DNA from: a virus
Taxonomy: Duplodnaviria > Caudoviricetes
IMG/VR virus record: IMGVR_UViG_3300003312_000001
Coordinates: 1 to 61,588 of that record
DNA: 61,588 bases
Direction: 5' to 3' (one strand)
Position 1 is the first letter of the stretch; each line of letters begins with the position of its first letter. Below are positions 36,606-45,463 of this stretch, in pieces. The notes below the pieces were generated by a model that saw only the letters and a list, made by a program, of their open reading frames with translations, ran no database searches and had not been told where the DNA came from. A program made the position numbers and the translations under genes.

Positions 36606-37049
36606 GTGAGCGTCACTCTGCTGGTATGCCTGCACGTGCAGGTGCTCGGCGACCTCGCAGCCGCTTTCCTCGACGCCGTAGAGGCAGAGGAGCAGGCGCG
36701 GGCGGAATGCGACACCGCCGAGCCGGAGAGCGTCGAGTGGCTGCGGCTCAAGGATGCCTGCGCGTTCCACGCGGAGCGGCGCTACAAGATCGGCTGCCTG
36801 ATCGCGCAGACGCTCGGGCTACCTGCGACATCGACGAGGGGCGAGCTGCTGGATGCGATCGACCATCTCAGGCAGGTCGGCGAGAAGCTGGAGCGCCGCA
36901 TCGGGAAGCAGGCGCCACATCCCGCCAGGCTGGCGGAGCGCACGCTCACACGCGCGGAGCTGGAGCGGCCGTTCGACGCAGCCGCGATCCGCCGGCAGAA
37001 CGAGCAGCGCCGGGCGATCTACCGCGACGACGAGGAGCTGGGGGAATGA
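36606..37049 (+). CDS. Hypothetical protein
   Basis: GGAGG RBS, GTGA coupling. Confidence 0.55.
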   Translation: MSVTLLVCLHVQVLGDLAAAFLDAVEAEEQARAECDTAEPESVEWLRLKDACAFHAERRYKIGCLIAQTLGLPATSTRGELLDAIDHLRQVGEKLERRIGKQAPHPARLAERTLTRAELERPFDAAAIRRQNEQRRAIYRDDEELGE

Positions 37050-37612
37050 GCGACTCCACCCAGCGAGAGGCCGAGATCAACCGCCTCGCCGAGATAGCCG
37101 ACCGAGCCAAGGCGCTGCACGAGCAGGCCGAAGCAGCAGAGCGCGCTGCCTGGAAGGAGTGCAAGGCTGCGCGGGATGCGTTCTTCGACTACCTCCACAA
37201 GAAGGATGAGACGCCGCCCCCGCTTCCCGTCTGGCTGCGCAACCACGGCGGCGGGCTCTACAGCGCCGGATACGCGAGCATCCCGACCGCCGACGAGCTA
37301 GGGCAGGCGGCCGTGGCGCTCGATGCGGTAGTCGTCGATATCCGTATGCGAGCCTGGAGCGGCAAGCCGGGCTGGAGCAAGGTCGCTCTGCTGCAGACCA
37401 TCGGCCCGGGCTACTACACGCACATCCCGGCGCTCGGTAACACGAACTACAAGGGCGGCCCGATCAAGCTCAGCGACCCGCAATCGGGGCTGACGCTGTT
37501 CGGCTCTCACGTGGGCCGCGAGCGCCGCGCCGCGATCTTGCTCTGCGGCTGCGCGGACTACGAGCGCTGCCACCGGAAGACGGTGGTGGAACTGCTGCAG
37601 GCTGCGCGATGA
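37046..37612 (+). CDS. DUF488-family protein with N-terminal helical extension
   Basis: LYSAGY, VVDIR, SGKPGWSK, YTHIPALG, LLC...CHR. Confidence 0.75.
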   Translation: MSDSTQREAEINRLAEIADRAKALHEQAEAAERAAWKECKAARDAFFDYLHKKDETPPPLPVWLRNHGGGLYSAGYASIPTADELGQAAVALDAVVVDIRMRAWSGKPGWSKVALLQTIGPGYYTHIPALGNTNYKGGPIKLSDPQSGLTLFGSHVGRERRAAILLCGCADYERCHRKTVVELLQAAR

Positions 37613-37833
37613 GGATGGACGTGAAAAGCATCACGCTCACGCCCGAGGAGATGGAGGCGTTTTACGATATCTGCTACACCCGGCGTGAGTGGGAGTGCCG
37701 TTACTGCAAGACGCTGGCTGAATACGAGTGGAAGGATTGCAGCCACAAACCCGATTGCCTCGCGTTCGTCACTTACAGGCGCGTACGAGCTTGGCTCGAC
37801 TCCTGCAGGGATGCAAAGGCGGCGGCCCAATGA
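37609..37833 (+). CDS. Small CxxC...HxxxC protein
   Basis: CRYC...HKPDC. Confidence 0.6.
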   Translation: MRMDVKSITLTPEEMEAFYDICYTRREWECRYCKTLAEYEWKDCSHKPDCLAFVTYRRVRAWLDSCRDAKAAAQ

Positions 37834-38531
37834 GCATCCGCATCCTCTCCCTCTGGCAGCCCTGGGCGTCGGCTATCGCCCACGGGGCCAAGCGCTACGA
37901 GACACGCTCCTGGGCCACCGACTACCGGGGCTGGATCGCCATCCACGCAGCCAAGCGATCCGCCGACGTTCCGTATCCGGACGAGTGGGGCAAGCTGCCG
38001 TCCGGAGCCGTGGTAGCCATCGCCTGGCTCCAGGACATCCACGCGATCCGCCCCGAGTTCACAGCCGATCTCACACTGGCGGAGCGCTACTGGGGCGACT
38101 ACACGACCGGCCGCTTCGCGTGGGAACTGCGCGACGTGCGCCCCCTCGCCCAGCCATTCCCGTACCGCGGATCCCAGGGACTCCGCGCCTACGCGCCCCC
38201 GCTTCCTGGCGAGCTGCGCCGAGCCTGCAAGGAGCACTACCCCGCCAACTGGCCGGAACTGCGCCGCCAGGTGCTCGAACGGGCCGGGCACAAGTGCGAG
38301 TGGTGCGGCATCCCCAACTACACGCCGCTTCCGTCGGGACAGAAGGTCGTCCTGACCACCGCCCACATCATCAACCCCGACCCGGCCTGCGATGACCTGA
38401 ACGGTCTTCAATCGTTATGTCAGCGCTGTCACCTTCGGTACGATCGGCCGCTGCATCTCGCGGTCCAGGCACACCAGCGACGGGCACAGCGATACGCGAA
38501 GCAGCTTCTCCTGACGGGGACGGATCAATGA
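37830..38531 (+). CDS. ASCH domain fused to HNH-like Zn-binding domain
   Basis: LSLWQPWA...GAKRYETRSW...IAIHAA; CEWC...LTTAHI...LCQRCH. Confidence 0.8.
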   Translation: MSIRILSLWQPWASAIAHGAKRYETRSWATDYRGWIAIHAAKRSADVPYPDEWGKLPSGAVVAIAWLQDIHAIRPEFTADLTLAERYWGDYTTGRFAWELRDVRPLAQPFPYRGSQGLRAYAPPLPGELRRACKEHYPANWPELRRQVLERAGHKCEWCGIPNYTPLPSGQKVVLTTAHIINPDPACDDLNGLQSLCQRCHLRYDRPLHLAVQAHQRRAQRYAKQLLLTGTDQ

Positions 38532-39139
38532 GCCGAACCACGCGCTGCCTGCTGATCCCCGATCCCGACTGGACGCCTACCCCGCCGGCCACGGAATCCC
38601 GCAAGCCGACCTTGCTCCAGCCCGGGCACCCGGACAACTTCCAGACGCCCCCTTCGGCCCTCGACCCTCTCTGGGCGCACATCCCGGCCGGCGCTCGGGT
38701 ATGGGAGCCGGCCTGCGGCCAGGGCAACCTCGCGAGCGCCTTCGAGCAGCGCGGGCATCCGGTGGTGGCCAGCGACATCCTGACCGGGCAAGACTTCCTG
38801 ACGTGGGAGCCGGCAGGCTGGGACGTCATCATCACCAATCCGCCCTATTCGATCAAGGATCGGTGGATCGGCCGCTGCTATGAGCTCGGCAAGCCGTTCG
38901 CTCTGCTACTGCCGCTCACGGCCCTGGAAGGGCAGCGGCGCCAGGCGCTCTACCGCCGGCACGGGGTGCAGCTCATCCTGATGCCGAAGCGCGTCAACTT
39001 CCAGACCCCGAACGACCGGGGCTCGTCCGCGTGGTTCGCTACGGCCTGGTTTTTGGGCGGATTCGATCTCCCGTCGGACCTGCTCTTCTGGCAGCCGCCG
39101 GCCGAGCCGGATGGGCTGTTCGCCGAGGCGGCCCGATGA
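38528..39139 (+). CDS. Amino (N6A/N4C) DNA methyltransferase-like protein
   Basis: FQTP, WEPACGQG (motif I), IITNPPYS (motif IV). Confidence 0.8.
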   Translation: MSRTTRCLLIPDPDWTPTPPATESRKPTLLQPGHPDNFQTPPSALDPLWAHIPAGARVWEPACGQGNLASAFEQRGHPVVASDILTGQDFLTWEPAGWDVIITNPPYSIKDRWIGRCYELGKPFALLLPLTALEGQRRQALYRRHGVQLILMPKRVNFQTPNDRGSSAWFATAWFLGGFDLPSDLLFWQPPAEPDGLFAEAAR

Positions 39140-39636
39140 CGCAGTTCATCCTCACGGACGCGGAGCGAACCATCTGCCGGAAGATGCTCGCGCGCTACAG
39201 GCACCCCCGCGCCGACCATGCGCAACTCGAACTGGTCGCTCACCTGGCCGTCTGGCAAGCCAGGACCAGCCACGCCGCGACCCTGCCGCAGATAGCAAGC
39301 ATCGTCCGCAACCACGTCGTCGCCGAGCTCCGCCATCAGTGCGGCGACCAGAGGAACCACGCCGGTAAGCTCAGGTCCGAGACGCTCCGCGAATCCGATC
39401 TCGACACGCTCTCCGGCTGGCCGATCCCCCGCACCAACCCTGCGCTAGATCACGCCCTGGCCGTCCGCGCCGCACTCTGCGCACTGAAGCCACTGCACCA
39501 ACGGGTTGCCTGGCTGCTCGCTGACGGGTTCACCTACGTCGAAGCGGCCCGGATCATCGGCTGCAGCCCGTCCTACATCCAGAAGATTCGCCAGAGCATC
39601 CAGCAAGCCTTAGCGGATGTGGTCACTCTCCACTGA
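39136..39636 (+). CDS. ECF-sigma-like protein (region 4 HTH, degenerate region 2)
   Basis: ALKPLHQRVAWLLADGFTYVEAARIIGCS. Confidence 0.65.
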   Translation: MTQFILTDAERTICRKMLARYRHPRADHAQLELVAHLAVWQARTSHAATLPQIASIVRNHVVAELRHQCGDQRNHAGKLRSETLRESDLDTLSGWPIPRTNPALDHALAVRAALCALKPLHQRVAWLLADGFTYVEAARIIGCSPSYIQKIRQSIQQALADVVTLH

Positions 39637-39653
39637 AAGCACCACACCCCGCC

Positions 39654-40229
39654 ATGAACTACCCCACGTCCACCGATACCCGCCTCGTTGCAGCCGCCCA
39701 GCGCGGCGACATCCGCGCCGCCGACGAGCTCGTCACCCGCAACCGGCCGCTCGTCCGCAAGCTCGCGGCCCGCTGGAAGGTGCCCGGGCTCGAACAGGGC
39801 GACCTCACCCAGGAACTCTCGCTCGCCATCCTCACAGCCATTGAGCACTACACCCCGAGGCGCGGGGCCACCTTCCACACCTACCTGCGCGCCGTGCTCT
39901 ACCGGCGCTACCTCACCACACTCCGCAGCGCCGCGACAGGAGGACGCGCGATCTTGACGAACGCCGCCGAGCATAAGGACGAGCTGGACCAGGGCAGCAT
40001 CGAGAACGATGACATCATCGCCGCCACGGAACTGCGCGAGGAGTTCGACGCCTCGCTCAAATCCGTCTTCACGGAGCTCGAACGCCGCCTCTTCTGGACG
40101 CTGGTAGACACCGGCTGTACCGCAACCGAACTCGCGCCCCACTTCGGGCTCTCTCCCGACCACGCCCGGCGGATCATCCGCCGATGCCGCCAGCACCTCT
40201 CAACCACCACAATGGAGACCTTGCACTAA
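39654..40229 (+). CDS. RNA polymerase sigma factor (SigH/ECF-like)
   Basis: LVAAAQRGD..A.DELV..NRPLV, DLTQE, AIEHY...RGATFHTY; region 4 FTELERR...ELAPHFGLS. Confidence 0.85.
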   Translation: MNYPTSTDTRLVAAAQRGDIRAADELVTRNRPLVRKLAARWKVPGLEQGDLTQELSLAILTAIEHYTPRRGATFHTYLRAVLYRRYLTTLRSAATGGRAILTNAAEHKDELDQGSIENDDIIAATELREEFDASLKSVFTELERRLFWTLVDTGCTATELAPHFGLSPDHARRIIRRCRQHLSTTTMETLH

Positions 40230-41360
40230 ATGACCACCTTAGAAACCGCGCGCCTCAAAGCCGCACTCAGCCTCGCTGACGGCAACATCACGCTCGAACA
40301 GATGGGCAACCGCCTGACGCTCAAATCCGACGAGTTTCCGATCCGCCTGGAGCAGCAGATCCCTGTAGAAGACCCATCCCCCAACGGCGACTTCAAGAGC
40401 GTCTACATCAAAGCGTCCGCACTCGCCCCGATCATCAAGGGCATCCGCGCCGAGCAAATGCAACTAGGCACGGCCCACGACGGCGAAGCGCCCCCAAAGA
40501 TCAAGGTCGCCTACGGCTCCGTCGATGTGTCCGCCATCGGGATCGCGGAGCCGAGTAAAATCCCGTGGATCGCCACCGACTCCGAGCCGACAGCGACGTT
40601 CGACGCGGCCGAGTTCAGGCAGGCGCTCCGCACGGCGCTCGAATTCGCCGTGGACGGCAACGGACTGCGCCCTGCCCTGGAAGCGATCCACATCCGGCCC
40701 GACGGCACCCACACCATCTTCGAGGCGACGGACCAACACCGCCTCATCCAGATCCGCCTGACCGAGGAGCAACTGGGATCGTTCAGCGGCGAGATGCTCA
40801 TCCCGCGCGATGCAGCCGCGATGCTCGTCAAGCTGATCGGAAACGACACCGGGAGCGTCGATGTCCGAAACCTCGATTACGTCTACATCTTCACCGGCGA
40901 GCACTGGTCACTCGAATGCCGGACGATTGAGGGCCGCTTCCCGGACTGTGGCAGAGTCATCCAATCGGCGCGCGACGGGATCAAGTTCAAGGTCTACGTG
41001 GACCGCCAGGCCCTCATCGACGTGATCGCCTACCAGAAAGGCGCAGTCACGCCCGACGAGCGCATCAGCGCGTCTGCATCATCCGTGCTCTCGTCCGACG
41101 GTGAAGAGCTCGTCATCACCGCGTCCAACAACATGAGCAATCTCGCCGCCCGTATTCCGCTGCGTCACCCGGACTCCGAGAACAGGCATCCTGACGGCCT
41201 GCTCTTCTGCGCCGCGCCCGAGTACCTGCTCTCGATCCTCAAGGCCTTCGACTCACCAGAGATTCGCTTCTGCCTGGCGGGCGATCCGCTCTGCCCCATC
41301 GTGGTCACCGCGCCCGACGGCAACGACGCCTTCTGTATCCTGATGCCGAGGCACCAGTGA
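40230..41360 (+). CDS. dnaN: DNA polymerase III beta sliding clamp homolog
   Basis: 376 aa; RPALEAI, ATDQHRL, IEGRFPD, YLLSILKA, ILMPR. Confidence 0.88.
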   Translation: MTTLETARLKAALSLADGNITLEQMGNRLTLKSDEFPIRLEQQIPVEDPSPNGDFKSVYIKASALAPIIKGIRAEQMQLGTAHDGEAPPKIKVAYGSVDVSAIGIAEPSKIPWIATDSEPTATFDAAEFRQALRTALEFAVDGNGLRPALEAIHIRPDGTHTIFEATDQHRLIQIRLTEEQLGSFSGEMLIPRDAAAMLVKLIGNDTGSVDVRNLDYVYIFTGEHWSLECRTIEGRFPDCGRVIQSARDGIKFKVYVDRQALIDVIAYQKGAVTPDERISASASSVLSSDGEELVITASNNMSNLAARIPLRHPDSENRHPDGLLFCAAPEYLLSILKAFDSPEIRFCLAGDPLCPIVVTAPDGNDAFCILMPRHQ

Positions 41361-41779
41361 TGCCCGACACCTACCGCGCCGAACCAGCGCTTCCGGACAC
41401 CTGCACCGTCATCGTCACCGACAGCGCCGTCCAGGCCGCACGCAACCACCTCGGGATGTCGGGCGAACCAGTGGACGTGAAAGCCGCGCTCTCGACCGCC
41501 ATCCGGCACCACCTCTTCCGCGCTCCCGACCGGTCAGGAAACAAGACGCTCTGGGGCTCAAACCTCGCCGGTCGTTGCCTCGTGCTGGTGACCACGAAAG
41601 CGCCCGAGAACCCGTCACACCTCGTGGTCACCACCGCCGGCCCGCCGCACTACTACCGCGAGTTGCGCCAGCTCTGGCGCGATGCGATGGGCAAGCGCAC
41701 GCAGGCGCAGCGCGACGCACGGCGGCAGTACCGCGCCCGGAAGAGGCAGAGCGACCGTAACAAGCACGTGATGCGGTAA
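41357..41779 (+). CDS. Hypothetical protein
   Basis: GTGA coupling, basic C-terminus. Confidence 0.55.
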   Translation: MMPDTYRAEPALPDTCTVIVTDSAVQAARNHLGMSGEPVDVKAALSTAIRHHLFRAPDRSGNKTLWGSNLAGRCLVLVTTKAPENPSHLVVTTAGPPHYYRELRQLWRDAMGKRTQAQRDARRQYRARKRQSDRNKHVMR

Positions 41780-41914
41780 AGTGCGCTCAACCCCCTCGCA
41801 CGCACCCGCACGCACGTAGAGCGCCACTCACCGCGTATAGGCTGACCGGATACCCCCGGCAGCCTCGATGCACCCCGCTACTCCCCCACCCCCGCTCGCA
41901 CAGGATGCGGCCTG

Positions 41915-43258
41915 ATGCCCGCGCCCGTCGTCACCCTGCTCGGGACGGCGTCCGCCAACGACGCTACCACTGTCTCGACGATCACGACGGCCGTCGCTGT
42001 GCCCGCCGGGAGTCTGGTCGTGCTGCTGCATACCCCATCGGTCAGTCTCCCTCCGGTTACGGACAGCGTGGGGAACACCTACACGCCTGAAGTCCTCGGG
42101 ACAACCCGGGGAATGGGCTACTGGTGCAGGCGGTGCCTCGCGATGCCGGCGGGTACCGTGATCACCGTGAACTACGGCGCTTACCCCCTAAACCCCAGGG
42201 TCATGGCTGCTTACGCCGTGACAAACGTACTCGAAGACATCATCGAGAGCGTCAGGTCCCACGTGCGGGACCCAGTTTTCCCTGCTACCGTCCACAACTT
42301 CACCCAGCAGGACGGAATCCCGACGCCGAACGGTCGCAAGTGGGCGGCCATCGCCTGCTGGGAGTGGGACCCGACAGCCGCGGCCCTGGCGGGGCAGAGC
42401 GTCACCGGCGAGCTTACGTTCAACGGGTCGGGCACCGCCGGCGTTTACGGGATGGCCTACGCTTCGGGCGACGGCGACAACGCCGGCAGCCCGGTTGGGA
42501 TCCTGAGTCCGTCAACCGGCGCGTGGGCGACCGACGAAGACTTTCAGATCACGCTCTCCGCGTCCACATACGCTGACGGGGTCGCCTTCGTTTGGTGGGA
42601 GCGCCACCCCGCCAGCGCCGGGCACGCGATCCACCCTCTGACGAAACAGCGCCTCGTAGCGCGCCTCTCCGGCGACAACCTCGTTGTCGATGTGACCGAC
42701 GCCCCGGAGAGCGGTACGGTGGTGCGGAGCGTAACTGTGGACGCCACCCGGCCCTGCCGCGTGCCACGGATCATCATCGGGAGCGACGGTATCGCGGACC
42801 TGATCTACACGGGCGTCGATCGTACCTACAGCATTTCCGATCCGACCGTGATCGAGAACGAGTCGAAGACGATCTATCTCGCAGAGAGCGAGGACATTGG
42901 GCGCACGTGGATACTGCGCGGCGCGATCTATGGATTGGCTGGCATGCAAGGCGAACTGGCTACCTACGCAATCGGAGAGGCGCTCGACGGCCGCAGGCTG
43001 TTCGTCATCGCGGTCTACAGCGAGTACAGCGGCGAGTGGCAGATCACCGTCGGTTATCGCGGCTCCAGCGGCGACGGCATCACCTTCTCGTCACCGCTGA
43101 CCGTCGCCACTGCCGCGCGGCCCGTGCAAGGCGAGCTGCGCCAGGACACGGACACCGGAGCGTGGGAGCTCCTCTACCTACCGCAGGCGGCCGGTTCCAA
43201 TTGGTCCATCGTCCGCTGTTACGACCTTTCCGCCGACGGGACGGGCACCTGGAGCTAA
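41915..43258 (+). CDS. Beta-rich putative virion protein with Asp-box
   Basis: VTDSVGNTYT N-terminal module; SEDIGRTW Asp-box. Confidence 0.55.
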   Translation: MPAPVVTLLGTASANDATTVSTITTAVAVPAGSLVVLLHTPSVSLPPVTDSVGNTYTPEVLGTTRGMGYWCRRCLAMPAGTVITVNYGAYPLNPRVMAAYAVTNVLEDIIESVRSHVRDPVFPATVHNFTQQDGIPTPNGRKWAAIACWEWDPTAAALAGQSVTGELTFNGSGTAGVYGMAYASGDGDNAGSPVGILSPSTGAWATDEDFQITLSASTYADGVAFVWWERHPASAGHAIHPLTKQRLVARLSGDNLVVDVTDAPESGTVVRSVTVDATRPCRVPRIIIGSDGIADLIYTGVDRTYSISDPTVIENESKTIYLAESEDIGRTWILRGAIYGLAGMQGELATYAIGEALDGRRLFVIAVYSEYSGEWQITVGYRGSSGDGITFSSPLTVATAARPVQGELRQDTDTGAWELLYLPQAAGSNWSIVRCYDLSADGTGTWS

Positions 43259-43262
43259 AGCG

Positions 43263-43694
43263 ATGACTGACAGGATGAGTGACAGCACCTTCTACAAGTT
43301 CCGACGCAACTACAGCAGGGAAGACGAAGCGGATCGGCTGCTCATCAAGGCCGGGGCCGGCCGGGACCCGGAGTATCCGGCCTATGCTCGACACGACACG
43401 CCTCGCCACTATCGCTGGCGTGAGCCGGGCGACATCGCCGAGTTCGAGATCATCGCGCCCGACCCGTTCACTAGCCTCGAAGCGATGGACATGGTGGACT
43501 CGATCATGCGCGAGGCGAAGCTTACGGACCGCGAGCGCTGCGCCTACGCGCTCCACCACTACGCGCAAGCGCCGCCGCCCGACGGGGCGAAGCTGATGGG
43601 CGTCAGCCTGCGCAGCTACTTCGACTACCGTGCTAACGCACAACGCAAGCTAGCGGCAGTCGTCGCCGAGAAGGAGGGTGAACACGATGGGTAG
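43263..43694 (+). CDS. Sigma region-4 HTH protein (late activator-like)
   Basis: LTDRERCAY...GAKLMGVSLRSYFDYRANAQRKL; directly upstream of terS. Confidence 0.65.
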   Translation: MTDRMSDSTFYKFRRNYSREDEADRLLIKAGAGRDPEYPAYARHDTPRHYRWREPGDIAEFEIIAPDPFTSLEAMDMVDSIMREAKLTDRERCAYALHHYAQAPPPDGAKLMGVSLRSYFDYRANAQRKLAAVVAEKEGEHDG

Positions 43695-44262
43695 GACAGG
43701 CAGCTTCCTGTGGACGCACCCACGCGAAGAAGCGGCGTTCCTTGTCGCCGAGGACAGGCTGACGGATCAGGCCATCGCCGACAAGGTGGGCGTCTGCGAG
43801 CGCACGTTGGACAAATGGAAGGCGCGCCCGGAGTTCCGCCTGCGCGTCGATGAGCACGTCGCCGAATTCAAGCGCCTCGTCCGCTCCCGGGGACTTGCCA
43901 TCCTGGAGCGCCGCGTCGATCAGATGAACGACCGGTGGAAGCGGATGCAGCAGCTAATCTTGGAGCGCGCGGAGTCCACCGAGAACGGCGGTTTTGCCGG
44001 CCGCACGACGGGACTCCTGGTCGTGCAATACAAACAGCTTGGCGAGGACATCGTGAAGGAGGTGGCCGTAGACACGGGGCTGCTCAAGGAGATGCGGGAG
44101 TTGGAGAAGCAGGCCAGCCAAGAGCTGGGCCAATGGGCTGAGAACACGGTAGTCGAGCACAGGGATGGATCGGGGATCGTAGATGCAATACAGCGCAAGT
44201 TGGATAGCCTCGCAGCCGCCGCAGGCGCGACAGAGGTTCATCCAAAGCCTGAACCAGACTGA
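43687..44262 (+). CDS. terS: Terminase small subunit (HTH)
   Basis: TDQAIADKVGVCERTLDKWK..PEF; EKQASQELGQW; precedes terL. Confidence 0.75.
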   Translation: MGRTGSFLWTHPREEAAFLVAEDRLTDQAIADKVGVCERTLDKWKARPEFRLRVDEHVAEFKRLVRSRGLAILERRVDQMNDRWKRMQQLILERAESTENGGFAGRTTGLLVVQYKQLGEDIVKEVAVDTGLLKEMRELEKQASQELGQWAENTVVEHRDGSGIVDAIQRKLDSLAAAAGATEVHPKPEPD

Positions 44263-45463
44263 AGCGGAGCGGCTCCTCTACCTCTGGCCGTTCTGGGCGC
44301 GGCACAACCAGTTGCCGCCGGCTACTGCCTGGCGGACCTGGCTCATTCTCGCCGGCCGGGGCTGGGGCAAGACGCGCACTGGTGCGGAGTGGGTCTGCCA
44401 GCTCGCGGAGTCGGGCAAGGCGAAGCGGATCGCGCTCGTCGCACGCACGACGCCGGACGTGCGCGACGTGATGGTCATGGGCGAATCCGGCATCCTGGCG
44501 ATATCCCCGCCGTGGAATAAGCCGAAGTACGAGCGGACCATGCGCCGGATCATCTGGCCGTCCGGCACTATCGCCACGACCTACTCCAGCGAGGAGCCCG
44601 ACCAGCTCCGCGGCCCGCAGCACGACGCGGCTTGGGCCGATGAGCTTGCGACCTGGAGGTATGAGGATGCGTGGTCGAACCTGCGCCTCGGTCTCCGCCT
44701 CGGCACCGATCCGCGCTGCGTCGTCACGACTACTCCGCGCCCGACGAAGACGATCAAACAGCTCGCCGCCGCACCGGACACCGTGGTGACCAGGGGGAGC
44801 ACCTACGAGAATCGCGGCAATATGGCCGACGCCTTCTTCGACACGATCATTCGTCAATATGAAGGGACCCGCCTCGGTCGCCAGGAGCTCCACGCCGAGA
44901 TACTCGACGACAACCCGAACGCCATGTGGAGCCGGGACACGCTTGATGACTGCCGCCGCATCGCGCTCCCGGCCCTTCAGCGCGTCGTCGTCGCGGTCGA
45001 TCCGCAGGCCGGCGACATGGAGGCCGTGAACGGTGCGGAGACGGGCATCGTCGCGGCCGGCCTGGGCGAGGACGGGCACGCTTACGTCATCGACGATGCG
45101 AGCCTGCGCGCCAGCCCTGCGGAATGGGCGAGGCAGGTCGTCGCCGTCTACCACAAGCACCGCTGCGACCGCATCATCGCCGAGACGAACCAGGGCGGAG
45201 CGATGGTCCAGCACACGATCCGCACGGCCGATGCCAGCGTCAGCTACAAAGGCGTTCACGCCAAGCGGGGCAAGCATCTGCGCGCCGAACCCGTGGCGGC
45301 ACTCTACGAGCAGCGCCGCGTTCATCACGTCGGCACGTTCGCGGCGCTCGAAGACCAGATGTGCGAATGGACGCCCGGAGACGAGAGCCCGGACAGGCTA
45401 GACGCGCTCGTTTACGCGATTACCGAGCTGATGCTCAATCGAACACAAGGGGAGTTTCACTGA
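44183..45463 (+). CDS. terL: Terminase large subunit
   Basis: AGRGWGKT, LRGPQ, WADE, TTTP, VAVDP, AETNQGG, SPDRLDA; start uncertain. Confidence 0.95.
   Translation: MQYSASWIASQPPQARQRFIQSLNQTEAERLLYLWPFWARHNQLPPATAWRTWLILAGRGWGKTRTGAEWVCQLAESGKAKRIALVARTTPDVRDVMVMGESGILAISPPWNKPKYERTMRRIIWPSGTIATTYSSEEPDQLRGPQHDAAWADELATWRYEDAWSNLRLGLRLGTDPRCVVTTTPRPTKTIKQLAAAPDTVVTRGSTYENRGNMADAFFDTIIRQYEGTRLGRQELHAEILDDNPNAMWSRDTLDDCRRIALPALQRVVVAVDPQAGDMEAVNGAETGIVAAGLGEDGHAYVIDDASLRASPAEWARQVVAVYHKHRCDRIIAETNQGGAMVQHTIRTADASVSYKGVHAKRGKHLRAEPVAALYEQRRVHHVGTFAALEDQMCEWTPGDESPDRLDALVYAITELMLNRTQGEFH

Noticed and set aside
43663-43695. Fifth copy of the late motif before terS (TCGCCGAG...TGGGTAGG)
   Set aside because: 17-nt spacing, several mismatches, and it overlaps the RBS and start codon
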